Of a DNA stretch of 64,000 bases, positions 37,738 to 47,590 are shown piece after piece. The stretch lies in the IMG/VR virus record IMGVR_UViG_3300032050_000084. One strand, written 5' to 3'. Origin of the DNA: an uncultured virus (IMG/VR IMGVR_UViG_3300032050_000084). Lineage: Duplodnaviria > Heunggongvirae > Uroviricota > Caudoviricetes. Below the pieces are notes generated by a model that worked only from the letters and a program-made list of their open reading frames with translations, searched no databases and had not been told where the DNA came from. The position numbers and the translations under genes are program-made. The first letter of the stretch is position 1. Each line of letters opens with the position of its first letter.

Positions 37738-39270
37738 ATGGCTACATACAGTAGACCAGGTGTCTTTATCAACGAGGTACCGCTTCCAGAATCGGTAGCT
37801 CTTGGAGATGTAGGAACAGCGGCTGGTGCATTTGTTGGTCCCCTAGAAAAGGGACCTGCAACAGCTCCAGTATTGCTTAACTCCTGGACATCATTCACCA
37901 AAATTTTTGGTGCTTTAAATGACACTTACCCAGTAACTTGGGCAGCATATAACTTCTTTGCTAATGGTGGTCGTCAGCTCTACGTAAAGCGTATTACTGG
38001 CACCGGTGCAGCAAAGGCTAGCGTAATCTTAACAGACCGGGCTTCAGGGGGTCTTAACACACTCGCTGTAGAAGCTGAAAACGCAGGTGCATGGGGTAAT
38101 AACATTGCCGTTGAAGTAACAGACGCAGGAGTAGATGATAGATTTAATCTTGTTGTATCTGTAAGCGGCGTTGTTGTAGAACAGTTTACCGATCTAAGTT
38201 TGGTAGATAATGATCCAAGATTTGTAGAGTCAGTAGTTAATTCTGGCTCTGTATATGTACGGGTTAATGATCTAAACTCAGCATCTGTTGCTCCAGATAA
38301 TATGCCAGAAGCTGATGGCTTAAAAGCCCTCAGTGGAGGTGCAAATGGATCTGCCCCAACAAGAGTTAATTACTCAGATGGATTGGCAACTTTTGATGCC
38401 ATTCAAAACCCACTCGTCTTTAACATTCCTAACGCAGCGTACATTTACTTGCCAACAGGAAGTAACGATGATCGTACCCTCTCCCTTAACGTACAGGGAG
38501 ATCTTGTTAATTACTGCGAACTACGCGGAGACGCTTTTGCAGTAGTTGATATTCCACAGGCTCAAACAAGAGCACAGGCCGCTACTTATGTGACTGATCT
38601 AATTGCTGCAGCACCAGATTCAGATGGTGGAGTTGCAGCCGCTTACTGGCCATGGACCTTAATTCCAGATAGCCTCCGTGCTGCTGGTGGCGCAACCCGC
38701 CTACAGGCTCCTGGTGCAGCTATGGTTGGTCAGTACCTTGCTACTGATGCTTCTCGTGGTGTCTTTAAGACTCCAGCAGGCCTAACCAATTCTTTAGCAA
38801 ACGTAGTTGCTACAGAGCGTTTGCTAACTAACGCAGAACTCGATGCGTTAAACAATAGCACTAAACCTATCAACGCAATCCGCCAGGTTCCTGGTGCAGG
38901 AATTGTGTCAATGGGTGGACGTACACTTCGCAATACTTCAAATGAACGCTACATCAACGTAAAGCGTTCTTTGATTTATATCAAGAAAGAACTAGAGAAC
39001 AGAAGCCAGTTTGCTTTGTTTGAGAATAACGATCCAAATCTTTGGAGACGTCTCAATACTACGCTGAGTGGTTTCCTTCTTAACTTCTGGCAATCAGGTG
39101 GTTTACGAGGAGCTACTGCGGCACAGGCATTCTTTGTGCGTGTAGACTCTTCAACAACCTCCTTTACTGATATCCAAAATGGAATAGTTAATATCGAAAT
39201 TGGAGTTGCGTTGCAATATCCAGCTGAGTTTATCGTTATTAAGCTAAGCCAACTAACCGGAAATGCATAG
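37738..39270 (+). CDS. Tail sheath protein
   Basis: YSRPGVFINE, FFANGG, YWPW, RGVFKTPAG, RYINVKR, PAEFIVI motifs. Confidence 0.95.
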   Translation: MATYSRPGVFINEVPLPESVALGDVGTAAGAFVGPLEKGPATAPVLLNSWTSFTKIFGALNDTYPVTWAAYNFFANGGRQLYVKRITGTGAAKASVILTDRASGGLNTLAVEAENAGAWGNNIAVEVTDAGVDDRFNLVVSVSGVVVEQFTDLSLVDNDPRFVESVVNSGSVYVRVNDLNSASVAPDNMPEADGLKALSGGANGSAPTRVNYSDGLATFDAIQNPLVFNIPNAAYIYLPTGSNDDRTLSLNVQGDLVNYCELRGDAFAVVDIPQAQTRAQAATYVTDLIAAAPDSDGGVAAAYWPWTLIPDSLRAAGGATRLQAPGAAMVGQYLATDASRGVFKTPAGLTNSLANVVATERLLTNAELDALNNSTKPINAIRQVPGAGIVSMGGRTLRNTSNERYINVKRSLIYIKKELENRSQFALFENNDPNLWRRLNTTLSGFLLNFWQSGGLRGATAAQAFFVRVDSSTTSFTDIQNGIVNIEIGVALQYPAEFIVIKLSQLTGNA

Positions 39271-39280
39271 GAGATAACTC

Positions 39281-39907
39281 ATGTCAAATCCACAAAATAC
39301 ACTGAGTCAAATTGCTACAGATCAATTTCGCAATTTTCGATTCTTGGTATCTTTTGATCCAGTAGGTACGGTAGACACTGGTTGGGGAGATAAGTTCGGA
39401 AAGATGGGTTTTGTTTCTGTTTCCGGATTAACTGTCTCTACTGAAAGCATCGCTTACCGCGAAGGTGGATTCAATACCAACTTCCATCAGTTACCAGGTC
39501 AAAGCTCATTTACTCCAATTACTCTTTCTAAAGGCATCACCTTTGGACAGAAGGAGCATGCCCTATGGATGAAGCGACTATTCGCTATCTCCACGGGAAC
39601 TGCTCAGAGTGGGGTAGGAGCTGAGTTCCGCTGCGACATAGATATTCAAGTACTAAGTCATCCAAATCCAAAAGCACTAACCGGAAGCGATGACACATCA
39701 AATGGAAGTCAGTATGACACTGACCTTCACACCTCTATGAGATTTAAGGTGTACAATGCTTGGATTACCAACATTGGATACAGCAATCTTGATGCGGGTG
39801 GCAATACCCTCATGGTAGAAGAAATGACTCTAGTCCATGAAGGTTTTGATGTTTCATTTGCTACTGGATTGACTACAGCAGGATCAGCAGCAAAACTAAG
39901 TCTCTAA
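39281..39907 (+). CDS. Tail tube protein (T4 gp19-like)
   Basis: FRFLV, GF..VSGL, YREGG, ITLSKG, VYNAW, LDA, EEMTLVHEG. Confidence 0.92.
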   Translation: MSNPQNTLSQIATDQFRNFRFLVSFDPVGTVDTGWGDKFGKMGFVSVSGLTVSTESIAYREGGFNTNFHQLPGQSSFTPITLSKGITFGQKEHALWMKRLFAISTGTAQSGVGAEFRCDIDIQVLSHPNPKALTGSDDTSNGSQYDTDLHTSMRFKVYNAWITNIGYSNLDAGGNTLMVEEMTLVHEGFDVSFATGLTTAGSAAKLSL

Positions 39908-39926
39908 ATTAGATAAGGAAAACTAA

Positions 39927-40745
39927 ATGACTACTGATACGACAACCATAAGCGCGGTAGATAATCCCGCTTTGGTAAATCAACTAACCGAAAAAGCACT
40001 TAAGTCTGTGCCTCAGGAGGCGGTTCGAGAGGAATCTCCAATCAAACCGCCTTCTGATCCACAAGTAACTTTGTTAGCGGGGTTACAAGTTCCGTTTGGT
40101 GAATTTATTTCAACAGCTGAGGTAAGAGAACTTACAGGAGCGGACGAGGAAGCTATCGCAAGAATCTCAGATATATCAAAAGGTTTAATGACAATACTAG
40201 AACGTGCTGTTGTTAAGCTAAATGATTCGCCAGTAGACAGGGATCTTTTAGATACTATGTTGGCTGGAGACAGAGAACTTCTGTTGTTAGAGATTAGAAA
40301 ACTTACTTTTGGATCAGAAGTAGCTATAGAAGGCCAAATCTGTTCTAAGTGTGAAGATACAAAAAGCATTACAATTGATTTAGATAAAGATGTGCCGATG
40401 AAGAAGTTAGAAAACGATCCAGTATTTACAGTAAAATGTAAAATTGGGGACGTTAAAGTAAAGCTTCCAAACGGTGTAGTACAAAAGCAACTAGTAACAG
40501 CAACAAATAAAACAGCTCCAGAATTGGACTCCATAGTATTAAAGAGCTGTGTTCTAGAGATCAACGGCAATCCCATCTTAGATTCAAGTACTGTCCTTAA
40601 GATGAGCGTCTCAGATCGTAGAGCAATCCTAAACGCTATATCAGAACGCAACCCCGGCCCACAACTTCAACAAATCAAGAAAGAATGTCCAACTTGCGGT
40701 CAGGAGGTATCGCTTCCGCTAACTTTAGCGGACTTGTTTCAGTAA
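39927..40745 (+). CDS. Tail assembly chaperone / baseplate hub assembly protein
   Basis: VRELTGADEE, GDRELLLLEIRK.TFG, two CxxC; between tube and tape measure. Confidence 0.75.
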   Translation: MTTDTTTISAVDNPALVNQLTEKALKSVPQEAVREESPIKPPSDPQVTLLAGLQVPFGEFISTAEVRELTGADEEAIARISDISKGLMTILERAVVKLNDSPVDRDLLDTMLAGDRELLLLEIRKLTFGSEVAIEGQICSKCEDTKSITIDLDKDVPMKKLENDPVFTVKCKIGDVKVKLPNGVVQKQLVTATNKTAPELDSIVLKSCVLEINGNPILDSSTVLKMSVSDRRAILNAISERNPGPQLQQIKKECPTCGQEVSLPLTLADLFQ

Positions 40746-40908
40746 AGAGCTTAGCTACGAAAATTTAATTATTTCATTAGATTACCTAGCACAGTTTTAT
40801 CCTGGGTGGTCTTTGACAGAGTTAAAAGGGCTTAGCTTGCGAGAACGTATGATCTGGTTGGACAGAGCAATTAGTAGACCTAGGGGTGGAAGCATTGGCA
40901 AGTTATGA
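40738..40908 (+). CDS. Startless +1-frame extension of the tail chaperone (gpGT-like)
   Basis: Open frame ...YPGWSLTELKGLSLRERMIWL... with no good start; overlaps TTT CAG TAA. Confidence 0.6.
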   Translation, partial: FSKELSYENLIISLDYLAQFYPGWSLTELKGLSLRERMIWLDRAISRPRGGSIGKL

Positions 40909-43900
40909 AAACTTGATGCCTGCTGGCGACGATAATATCGTTGGCGGGATGACTTCTGGTGTCGATAAACTATTTACAAAGATGGACAAAGGCCAAAAGC
41001 AAATGCTTAAGGTCTTTAAAGAAGTTGAAAAAGTTACCGAGAAGATAAAGAAAAATATGGAAGCCGCCAATGGCGGTAAATCATCCTCGGGAATGTCTAG
41101 CTCTTTGGGTGCTATGCCCACGTTTGGAGCTTCACGGGCAGCAACTATTGCAGGTAGGGTAGGGCTAGGAACTGCAGCTGTAGGCGCTATTGGTATGGGC
41201 ATGATGCCAAACACAAGCGCTGCTGTTACACAACGTTTAGGTGCAGATGCTGTAGCAGGTATTAGTGGTCTTAATTCTCGTCAAGTAATATTAAGATCTA
41301 ACAATGCGGTAGGTGGCGGAGCAACTAGCGCTATGGGTCCAACCATGGCGGCCATGTCCCTTATGTACAGTGGTGGCTATACAGCTAATAGCGGCACCTT
41401 TAGAAATGTTATGCCACAAGTTGGTGGCTTAAGTGCATTAACTGGCGGCACCAACGAACAGATGGCGCAAGGATTAGCCGGCATAAATGCTATGCGGTTC
41501 CTTCGCATAGGTGTTCAAGCTCGTGATACTAAAGGAAACTTACGACCACCTAATGCAATTATTAACGACACGTATAGATTTTTATACGGTGGGCGAAAAG
41601 TAACTCCAGAACAAGCCGCTTTAGTTCTTAATCCAGGATCTAAAGGCTATGCAACTATTCAAGCTATTGCTGGTGGAGATCAAAACCTTGCTGGAATTAT
41701 CCAAATGGGAATCATTGCTCGTGCAAAGAAAGACAGCCCTCTAAAAAAAGAAGACCTTAAAGGGTCAAACCGAGCACTAGATCTTTTGGGTGTTGGTCAA
41801 GAAAGCCCTATGCGAACTAACTTCCGCTACAACACTAGCGAAGCTCGTAAGCTACAGGCTACAGAAAAAGGTTTAGTAGGCGGATACAACGTAGCTATGA
41901 GAACAACAGCTGCGGTTAACGATGGTTTTAGCAAGCTAGCAGAAGAGGCTGCAGGCGTTGCAAATGCATTGGGAACACTACGTGGCGTACTCCAAACATT
42001 ACCTGCAGCAGGAAATACCGGAGCTACTCTAACTGGTGTAGCCGGTACTGCAGCAAGTGTAGGAATGAATATGTACATGCTTTCTAAGATGCGTGGACTT
42101 TATGCAGCGGGAACTGCCGGTGCTGCAGCAGCTACGGGAGGCGTTACTGCTGGTGGTGCAGCTGCAGCAGCAGGAGCTACCGGTGCAGCAGGATACTTAG
42201 CAAAAGCAAAAGGTTTATTTAAGGGCGGATTTAAAAGTCCTTTTGTAAAAGGATTAGGAAGAGCTGGACTTGCACTTGGCGTATATCAAGGCATGGAGTT
42301 TTTACAAAAGAGGATGCAGGTGGGTCCTGGCTGGCTTCGTGCTGGCGGTAACTTTATGTTTGATTTAGGCCAGGGTGCGTTAACTGGTTTAGCTGCTGGC
42401 GGTATACCTGGAGCAGTTGCAGGAACTGTGGCTGGTGGAGTGGGATCAATAGCAAATCCTTACGGACAAGGTGGCGACTGCACTCACGGAAATGTTGGGC
42501 CACATAAGTGTGGTGTTGGTGGAGACAACAGCACAAGTATGCAGAATATGCCTGCCGGATCTATGTCTGCTCCACAAAAAGGATTTACAACAGGTAAGGG
42601 TCCGGGCAATCAAGACACTAAAGGTCAAATATTTGGTATGCCTGTCCCGGCAGGTACTAGAGTTACTTCTCATTACGGTCCTCGAGATAACTCAAAGAAC
42701 CCACAAATTTCTGCATACCACAGGGGTATTGACTACGGTGTACAAGTAGGTACTCCAATTGTTGCAGCAGCTAACGGTACGGTTACACATGCCGGAACAC
42801 ATAGGCAATACGGATACTACATAATTCTAAATCACGGAAAAAAGAGCACTCTTTACGGACACTTAAGCCAAATTTTAGTAAAGGTTGGGCAGCAAGTAAA
42901 CAAAGGCGATGTAATCGCAAAGTCTGGTGGTAAGAGGGGTGCCCCTGGAGCAGGTACTTCTACAGGTCCTCACCTTCACTTTGAGCTTAGAGATCCTGGC
43001 GGAGTTGGAGCACAAGGGCGAGTAAACCCTAAGAGTTTCTTTGGTAAATTAGTAAGTAGTGTTAAGAGCGCTGTAAGCAACATCTTTGGTGCTGTAAAGG
43101 GATTTCTAGGAATAGGTAAAGAAAAAGAAGACATTAAAAGCAAAACTATTCGTAACTCTGGAGAGGGGCTGCGTTTTGAAGGAACGCTGTCTAACCTAAG
43201 CAGCGTGCCATTAAGTGAGTCTTTAAGCAGCTCTATGATGTCTGGAGCCCCAGTAAACTTTGCTGATTTCCAAAGAGAGTTTCCAGCAGATGATATTGAA
43301 CAAGGCATAAGATTTGGAAAATCTGGTGGGAAACATTTCTTAAACAACACCATAGATAAAGTGTCTGGTGACAGTGGGTCCATGGTTGGGGGAAGTAGAA
43401 AAGGACTAATTCAGTTCTTACACAATATTGGTTTTAGAGGAAAAGCTTTAGATACTGCGTTTGCTGTTGCATTGGCAGAATCTGGTGGTAATTCTGGAAC
43501 TATCAATAAGCGTAGTAAGGATTATGGCCTATTCCAGATCAATATGGATGGCAAAAACTATGACGATAGAATAAAGAAAGAGTGGAACTATCACGGTACC
43601 AAGTTTAAATTAAAAGGGCTTGGTGATCTTTTAAATCCCACAACTAATGCCAAAGTTGCATATCACATGACGAACAAAGGAAGAAACTGGATTAGGTGGG
43701 TATCCCACAATACAGGTGACTATACCAAGTTCTTAGATGATGCAGTTATGGCTAGAGAACAAGCAGGTATAGGTGGAGACAACCCTGCAACTGCTGGCAT
43801 GGCTATGGAAACTACAGGTGCAGCGGGATACAGAAGATCTGGATCTATATCTGGATCAGTGACTAGTAATCAAACAATAAACGTAAAGGTAGACTTACAG

Positions 43901-44005
43901 CTTAAGGTAGATAAGTTAGGTAGTGCAGAGATTACCAGAGTTGCTTCTAGCTTAAAGAAGGCTATCAATGATGAGTTTAAGGTGAATGGACTGGGAGTTA
44001 ACTAA
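40886..44005 (+). CDS. Tape-measure-like protein with M23 peptidase and lysozyme-like domains
   Basis: Gly/Ala-rich helical N-half; HRGID, YGHL, TGPHLHFE; AVALAESGG...YGLFQIN; true start may be TTG 40895. Confidence 0.85.
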   Translation: MEALASYENLMPAGDDNIVGGMTSGVDKLFTKMDKGQKQMLKVFKEVEKVTEKIKKNMEAANGGKSSSGMSSSLGAMPTFGASRAATIAGRVGLGTAAVGAIGMGMMPNTSAAVTQRLGADAVAGISGLNSRQVILRSNNAVGGGATSAMGPTMAAMSLMYSGGYTANSGTFRNVMPQVGGLSALTGGTNEQMAQGLAGINAMRFLRIGVQARDTKGNLRPPNAIINDTYRFLYGGRKVTPEQAALVLNPGSKGYATIQAIAGGDQNLAGIIQMGIIARAKKDSPLKKEDLKGSNRALDLLGVGQESPMRTNFRYNTSEARKLQATEKGLVGGYNVAMRTTAAVNDGFSKLAEEAAGVANALGTLRGVLQTLPAAGNTGATLTGVAGTAASVGMNMYMLSKMRGLYAAGTAGAAAATGGVTAGGAAAAAGATGAAGYLAKAKGLFKGGFKSPFVKGLGRAGLALGVYQGMEFLQKRMQVGPGWLRAGGNFMFDLGQGALTGLAAGGIPGAVAGTVAGGVGSIANPYGQGGDCTHGNVGPHKCGVGGDNSTSMQNMPAGSMSAPQKGFTTGKGPGNQDTKGQIFGMPVPAGTRVTSHYGPRDNSKNPQISAYHRGIDYGVQVGTPIVAAANGTVTHAGTHRQYGYYIILNHGKKSTLYGHLSQILVKVGQQVNKGDVIAKSGGKRGAPGAGTSTGPHLHFELRDPGGVGAQGRVNPKSFFGKLVSSVKSAVSNIFGAVKGFLGIGKEKEDIKSKTIRNSGEGLRFEGTLSNLSSVPLSESLSSSMMSGAPVNFADFQREFPADDIEQGIRFGKSGGKHFLNNTIDKVSGDSGSMVGGSRKGLIQFLHNIGFRGKALDTAFAVALAESGGNSGTINKRSKDYGLFQINMDGKNYDDRIKKEWNYHGTKFKLKGLGDLLNPTTNAKVAYHMTNKGRNWIRWVSHNTGDYTKFLDDAVMAREQAGIGGDNPATAGMAMETTGAAGYRRSGSISGSVTSNQTINVKVDLQLKVDKLGSAEITRVASSLKKAINDEFKVNGLGVN

Positions 44006-45858
44006 TGGCTTGGACATATAAGAACCTTTCTTCCGTACAGGATGCAAACTCTGTATATCAAGCTGGGTATCCAGCATACTTTTGGACCGTAGATTGCTAT
44101 GAGGCTGGGGGTCAAACTGCCGTTGCAGTCCCAGTCAACACAGATAATAAAAGCGTGTACAAAGGCAATACTATTTACTATGTAGTGAGGGTTTGGAAAC
44201 AAAACGCTTTTCAACTTAATCCCACAAGTCCTGCAACCCCTTTAACCAGAGACGATGATCTAGAGGTATATGTTTTAGACTCTTATAGGAATGCCCAAGC
44301 AGCAAACTTTGAAATTAGCGAAGTTGAGTGGAGAAAGCACGAAAAATTATTTAAAAGAAAAACTGTTGGTGATTTCCCTTACTACACTGACCCAGGCTAC
44401 AGCGTAAGCAGCAGTGGTGTAACTACAGACGCAGAAACAACAAAAAGACTTTTTGTATTTACCGTAAGAGCGAAAAAATCAAATGTGTTTCTTCAACCAG
44501 ATATTTATGTAAAACTAAAGAAAAATGGAAATGAAAACAATTCAAACGAAGATAGAGAAGTTCTTCCCCACAGTAGTACATATGTTACTGGCATAAGTTT
44601 TACTAACGCTATATCCAAAACCACATCTATACCAAAAATTGTAAAACAAGAGGCGTACCAGGAAGAACTAATTGCATTAGATAGGTGCTCTACCCCCAAT
44701 CGATGGGCTGCTGTAATTAAAGAATTGGATATCAAACCAAACGCTGTAAATTGGTCTTTACGATATTACCCCCTAGATGCTGACAATATGAGCCCCGCAG
44801 TATTAAAACAAAATGTGCAAACTATTTATATTGGCTATGACAGTAGGGTGGGAGTGCCTGGACCCGACGGGGTAGACCACGGAAGAGTGGCAAGAACAAG
44901 ATTAACTGAAATTAGGAACAACACCTGTAAAGAAGCTGAAGATGGTGGACCTTCAGAAGAACCTGATTTTGATAGGGGAAGACCAGAAGATTTTAAAGAC
45001 TACTCTAGGACTAATCCCCCCAACCATTTTTACACTAGAAGTCCGTCCCACTGGGCAAAAATAAAAGATCAATACCTAAAAGATACTAAAACAACTCGTA
45101 GAGCAAGTTTTGTTGTTCCAGGTAAAAAGGATCTTTTATATGAAGAGACTTCAGAAAAAGGTGTCTTAGGAATGCTCTTTCAAGATACGCAAACAGCTAA
45201 AGCATTAAATGCGGATACAAAAAAACCTTGGGGATTTAGGTTTATATACAACCCTACCTACGTCTCTTATGGTACTCAAATGGATACCTCTATTGACTGG
45301 ATATTGGCAACACACGATCCAGCCAACTATATTGGTGGAAGCTTTAGCGTGAGTGTTCAGCTATACCTAAACCGAGTAGTAGACATGACTGAGCTTGCTC
45401 CATTAAAGGGTAAGAATCAACCCTACTCAAAAAACTATCCTAGAGGGTTAACTGCGCAAGAAGTTGAAGGAATTCTACATAGAGGCACCGAGTATGATCT
45501 AGAGTTTTTATATAGAGTAGTAAACGGCGATCCAAAAGAAAGCTCTGGAACTTTACTAAGCTATAGCGAGGGTGGTTCAAAACCTAAAACTGCTGACTTT
45601 GGTTATATAACTGGAACTCCGGTATGGTTAAAAATCCACCCTAATATGAGGTACAAGGTATCGCTTGCGTCTTTAAACGTAAACCACGTTATATTTAGCG
45701 AACAAATGATCCCTATGTTTTCTATTGTAGACCTTCAGTTTATTAGGTACCCAGTTATTAGCGATACAGACGAGAAAGTACAACAAGCCTGGTCTGATAA
45801 GAAGAAGAAGGTACGCACTGCTAACGTTGAAAAAGAAGGTGAGCAGCCAAGTCAATGA
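44005..45858 (+). CDS. Tube-initiator/baseplate protein with long N-terminal extension
   Basis: GFRFIYNP..V and Y.V.L.SL.V.H..F...M.P....V.L.F motifs; position. Confidence 0.55.
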   Translation: MAWTYKNLSSVQDANSVYQAGYPAYFWTVDCYEAGGQTAVAVPVNTDNKSVYKGNTIYYVVRVWKQNAFQLNPTSPATPLTRDDDLEVYVLDSYRNAQAANFEISEVEWRKHEKLFKRKTVGDFPYYTDPGYSVSSSGVTTDAETTKRLFVFTVRAKKSNVFLQPDIYVKLKKNGNENNSNEDREVLPHSSTYVTGISFTNAISKTTSIPKIVKQEAYQEELIALDRCSTPNRWAAVIKELDIKPNAVNWSLRYYPLDADNMSPAVLKQNVQTIYIGYDSRVGVPGPDGVDHGRVARTRLTEIRNNTCKEAEDGGPSEEPDFDRGRPEDFKDYSRTNPPNHFYTRSPSHWAKIKDQYLKDTKTTRRASFVVPGKKDLLYEETSEKGVLGMLFQDTQTAKALNADTKKPWGFRFIYNPTYVSYGTQMDTSIDWILATHDPANYIGGSFSVSVQLYLNRVVDMTELAPLKGKNQPYSKNYPRGLTAQEVEGILHRGTEYDLEFLYRVVNGDPKESSGTLLSYSEGGSKPKTADFGYITGTPVWLKIHPNMRYKVSLASLNVNHVIFSEQMIPMFSIVDLQFIRYPVISDTDEKVQQAWSDKKKKVRTANVEKEGEQPSQ

Positions 45859-46145
45859 GTAACATAACGCGTCGTTCTAGATACTTTACTGGGCCTTTAG
45901 CTCAGCTTGAAAATAAATCTACAGGCAACTATGACATTGCTGTTTACAGAGAGTTTGAAGAGCTAGGTAACATTAGTTTCTTTGATTACACCTGGGTGTT
46001 TGGAGATAGCCTAGGAGCCTTAGCCGATAAGCATCTGCTTAACTCGGTGCTGTGGTGGAAGATACTGGAGATAAACCCGACAATAACAGACCCGTTTGAT
46101 ATTGAGCCAGGAACCGTTATTAGGATCCCGTATGTCAATAGATAA
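45855..46145 (+). CDS. LysM-like baseplate protein (gpX-like)
   Basis: GDSL..LA...L....WW.I...NP.I.DP..I.PG..IRIP. Confidence 0.8.
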   Translation: MSNITRRSRYFTGPLAQLENKSTGNYDIAVYREFEELGNISFFDYTWVFGDSLGALADKHLLNSVLWWKILEINPTITDPFDIEPGTVIRIPYVNR

Positions 46146-46983
46146 CCTATCCACGGCTTCAGAGGTCTTTCAATTTGAGTCCTCGGCTTCTCCTTGGCTT
46201 TCAGATTTCTCTGTAAAATTTCCAAAGACTCCAGAGCTTGACCTAATACTTATAAGCGCAGATCTTTATCAAGAACAAGAAGCACACGATATCTTAGTTC
46301 TTACCTTTAAAGGTAAGTCTGAAGCCGATAACATCAGCATTGTATCTTCTGATCCAGTAGAGTTTAAATATGATAGCGCAGGAACAAACTCTACATTCCA
46401 AGGATACGTCTATCAAATAAACCCGGTGTCAACAGTAAAAGCACACGTTACTGAGATATGGTGCGTATCTGCATCAGCAGTGCTAAAAGACAGTGATCAA
46501 GTTGTATTTAAAAAAGTAACGGCTGATCAGGTGATAACAAAAATTGCTAAGAAAAGGGGCATGACCGCCGTAACTCAACGGCATCCCCGCCTACGAGAAT
46601 CTATTGTCCAAGCTGGACAAACCGATTGGCAAATAATGAGACGCCTTGCAAAGCAAACCGGTTTTGCTTTAAGAACAGAAAACACCACCGTATTTTTTGT
46701 ATCTAAAGATAAAATTTATCAGGATAAAAAAGCTAAAGCTCCATACTTTAGATACGTAGATGGATTAACAAAAGAAGAACGACAAGTTGGTACTTGCTTT
46801 AGATTTACTCCAAATCTTTCTGACGATTCATTAGAAACCGGAGTACGTGTAGATCGAGTAATGACCGGCACTAATGCCTCTTCCGGAGGAATCATATCTA
46901 CTAGCCACGCTACAAAAGATTATGCTGGAAAAGAAAGTTTAGGAAAAGTAGTACCAAGCAAGGAGTACTTTGATGCCATCTAA
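46132..46983 (+). CDS. Baseplate hub protein, N-terminal part (gpD/VgrG-like)
   Basis: TFQGYV, TADQV..KIAK..G, QAGQTDWQ..RRLAK..G. Confidence 0.7.
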   Translation: MSIDNLSTASEVFQFESSASPWLSDFSVKFPKTPELDLILISADLYQEQEAHDILVLTFKGKSEADNISIVSSDPVEFKYDSAGTNSTFQGYVYQINPVSTVKAHVTEIWCVSASAVLKDSDQVVFKKVTADQVITKIAKKRGMTAVTQRHPRLRESIVQAGQTDWQIMRRLAKQTGFALRTENTTVFFVSKDKIYQDKKAKAPYFRYVDGLTKEERQVGTCFRFTPNLSDDSLETGVRVDRVMTGTNASSGGIISTSHATKDYAGKESLGKVVPSKEYFDAI

Positions 46984-47590
46984 ATCTACAAAGTATTCTA
47001 AGGTTAGTTCTAGTAGTAAACCAAAAGCAAAATACAAAAAACATCACGTGCACGAAGTTACTACAAGCTTAACAGAAGCAAAAGCAATTGCCAATGATTT
47101 GGCAGAAACTAAACGATATGCGTATAGAGCTACAGCTACGCTAGTTGGTAACGCTGGAATACGTCCTTACGACCCAATTTATATTGATGGCCTACCAAAC
47201 GGAATGTCTGGATACTGGACAGTTCTAAAAGTTGTTCATAGATTTGGAAGAATACCTGCTAACTACATGCTTGAAGTAGAGTTAGGTACCGACGTGCTTG
47301 GAGAAGAAAACCCTAAAGCTTACAAATCTGTAGAAACTAGGGATGTTAATTCGGAATTAGCTGGACAAAATATTGTTCCAGCAGAGTCCGTATTAGTTGA
47401 TTACGCTTTTTCTGTAAATGATACTGAGTTATATAAGCCACCTATTGAATCAGTAAATATAAAGCCACGAGATACGGCGGTAACCCCAGCAGTAAACTCT
47501 CCGGATTTATACCAAGACTCTATACCAGACTTTTCTGCGGTAAAGAGAAGCACATCTTGGCAAGCTACTAAAGCAAGCAGGGTGCTATGA
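46970..47590 (+). CDS. Baseplate hub protein, C-terminal part
   Basis: AAGGAG SD; A.ATLVGN..IRP...IYIDGL....SGYW.V..V.H. Confidence 0.65.
   Translation: MMPSKSTKYSKVSSSSKPKAKYKKHHVHEVTTSLTEAKAIANDLAETKRYAYRATATLVGNAGIRPYDPIYIDGLPNGMSGYWTVLKVVHRFGRIPANYMLEVELGTDVLGEENPKAYKSVETRDVNSELAGQNIVPAESVLVDYAFSVNDTELYKPPIESVNIKPRDTAVTPAVNSPDLYQDSIPDFSAVKRSTSWQATKASRVL

Noticed and set aside
40013..40651. 212 aa antisense ORF and other short antisense ORFs in the track
   Set aside because: They lie wholly inside well-supported + strand genes, with no SD or recognisable motifs.
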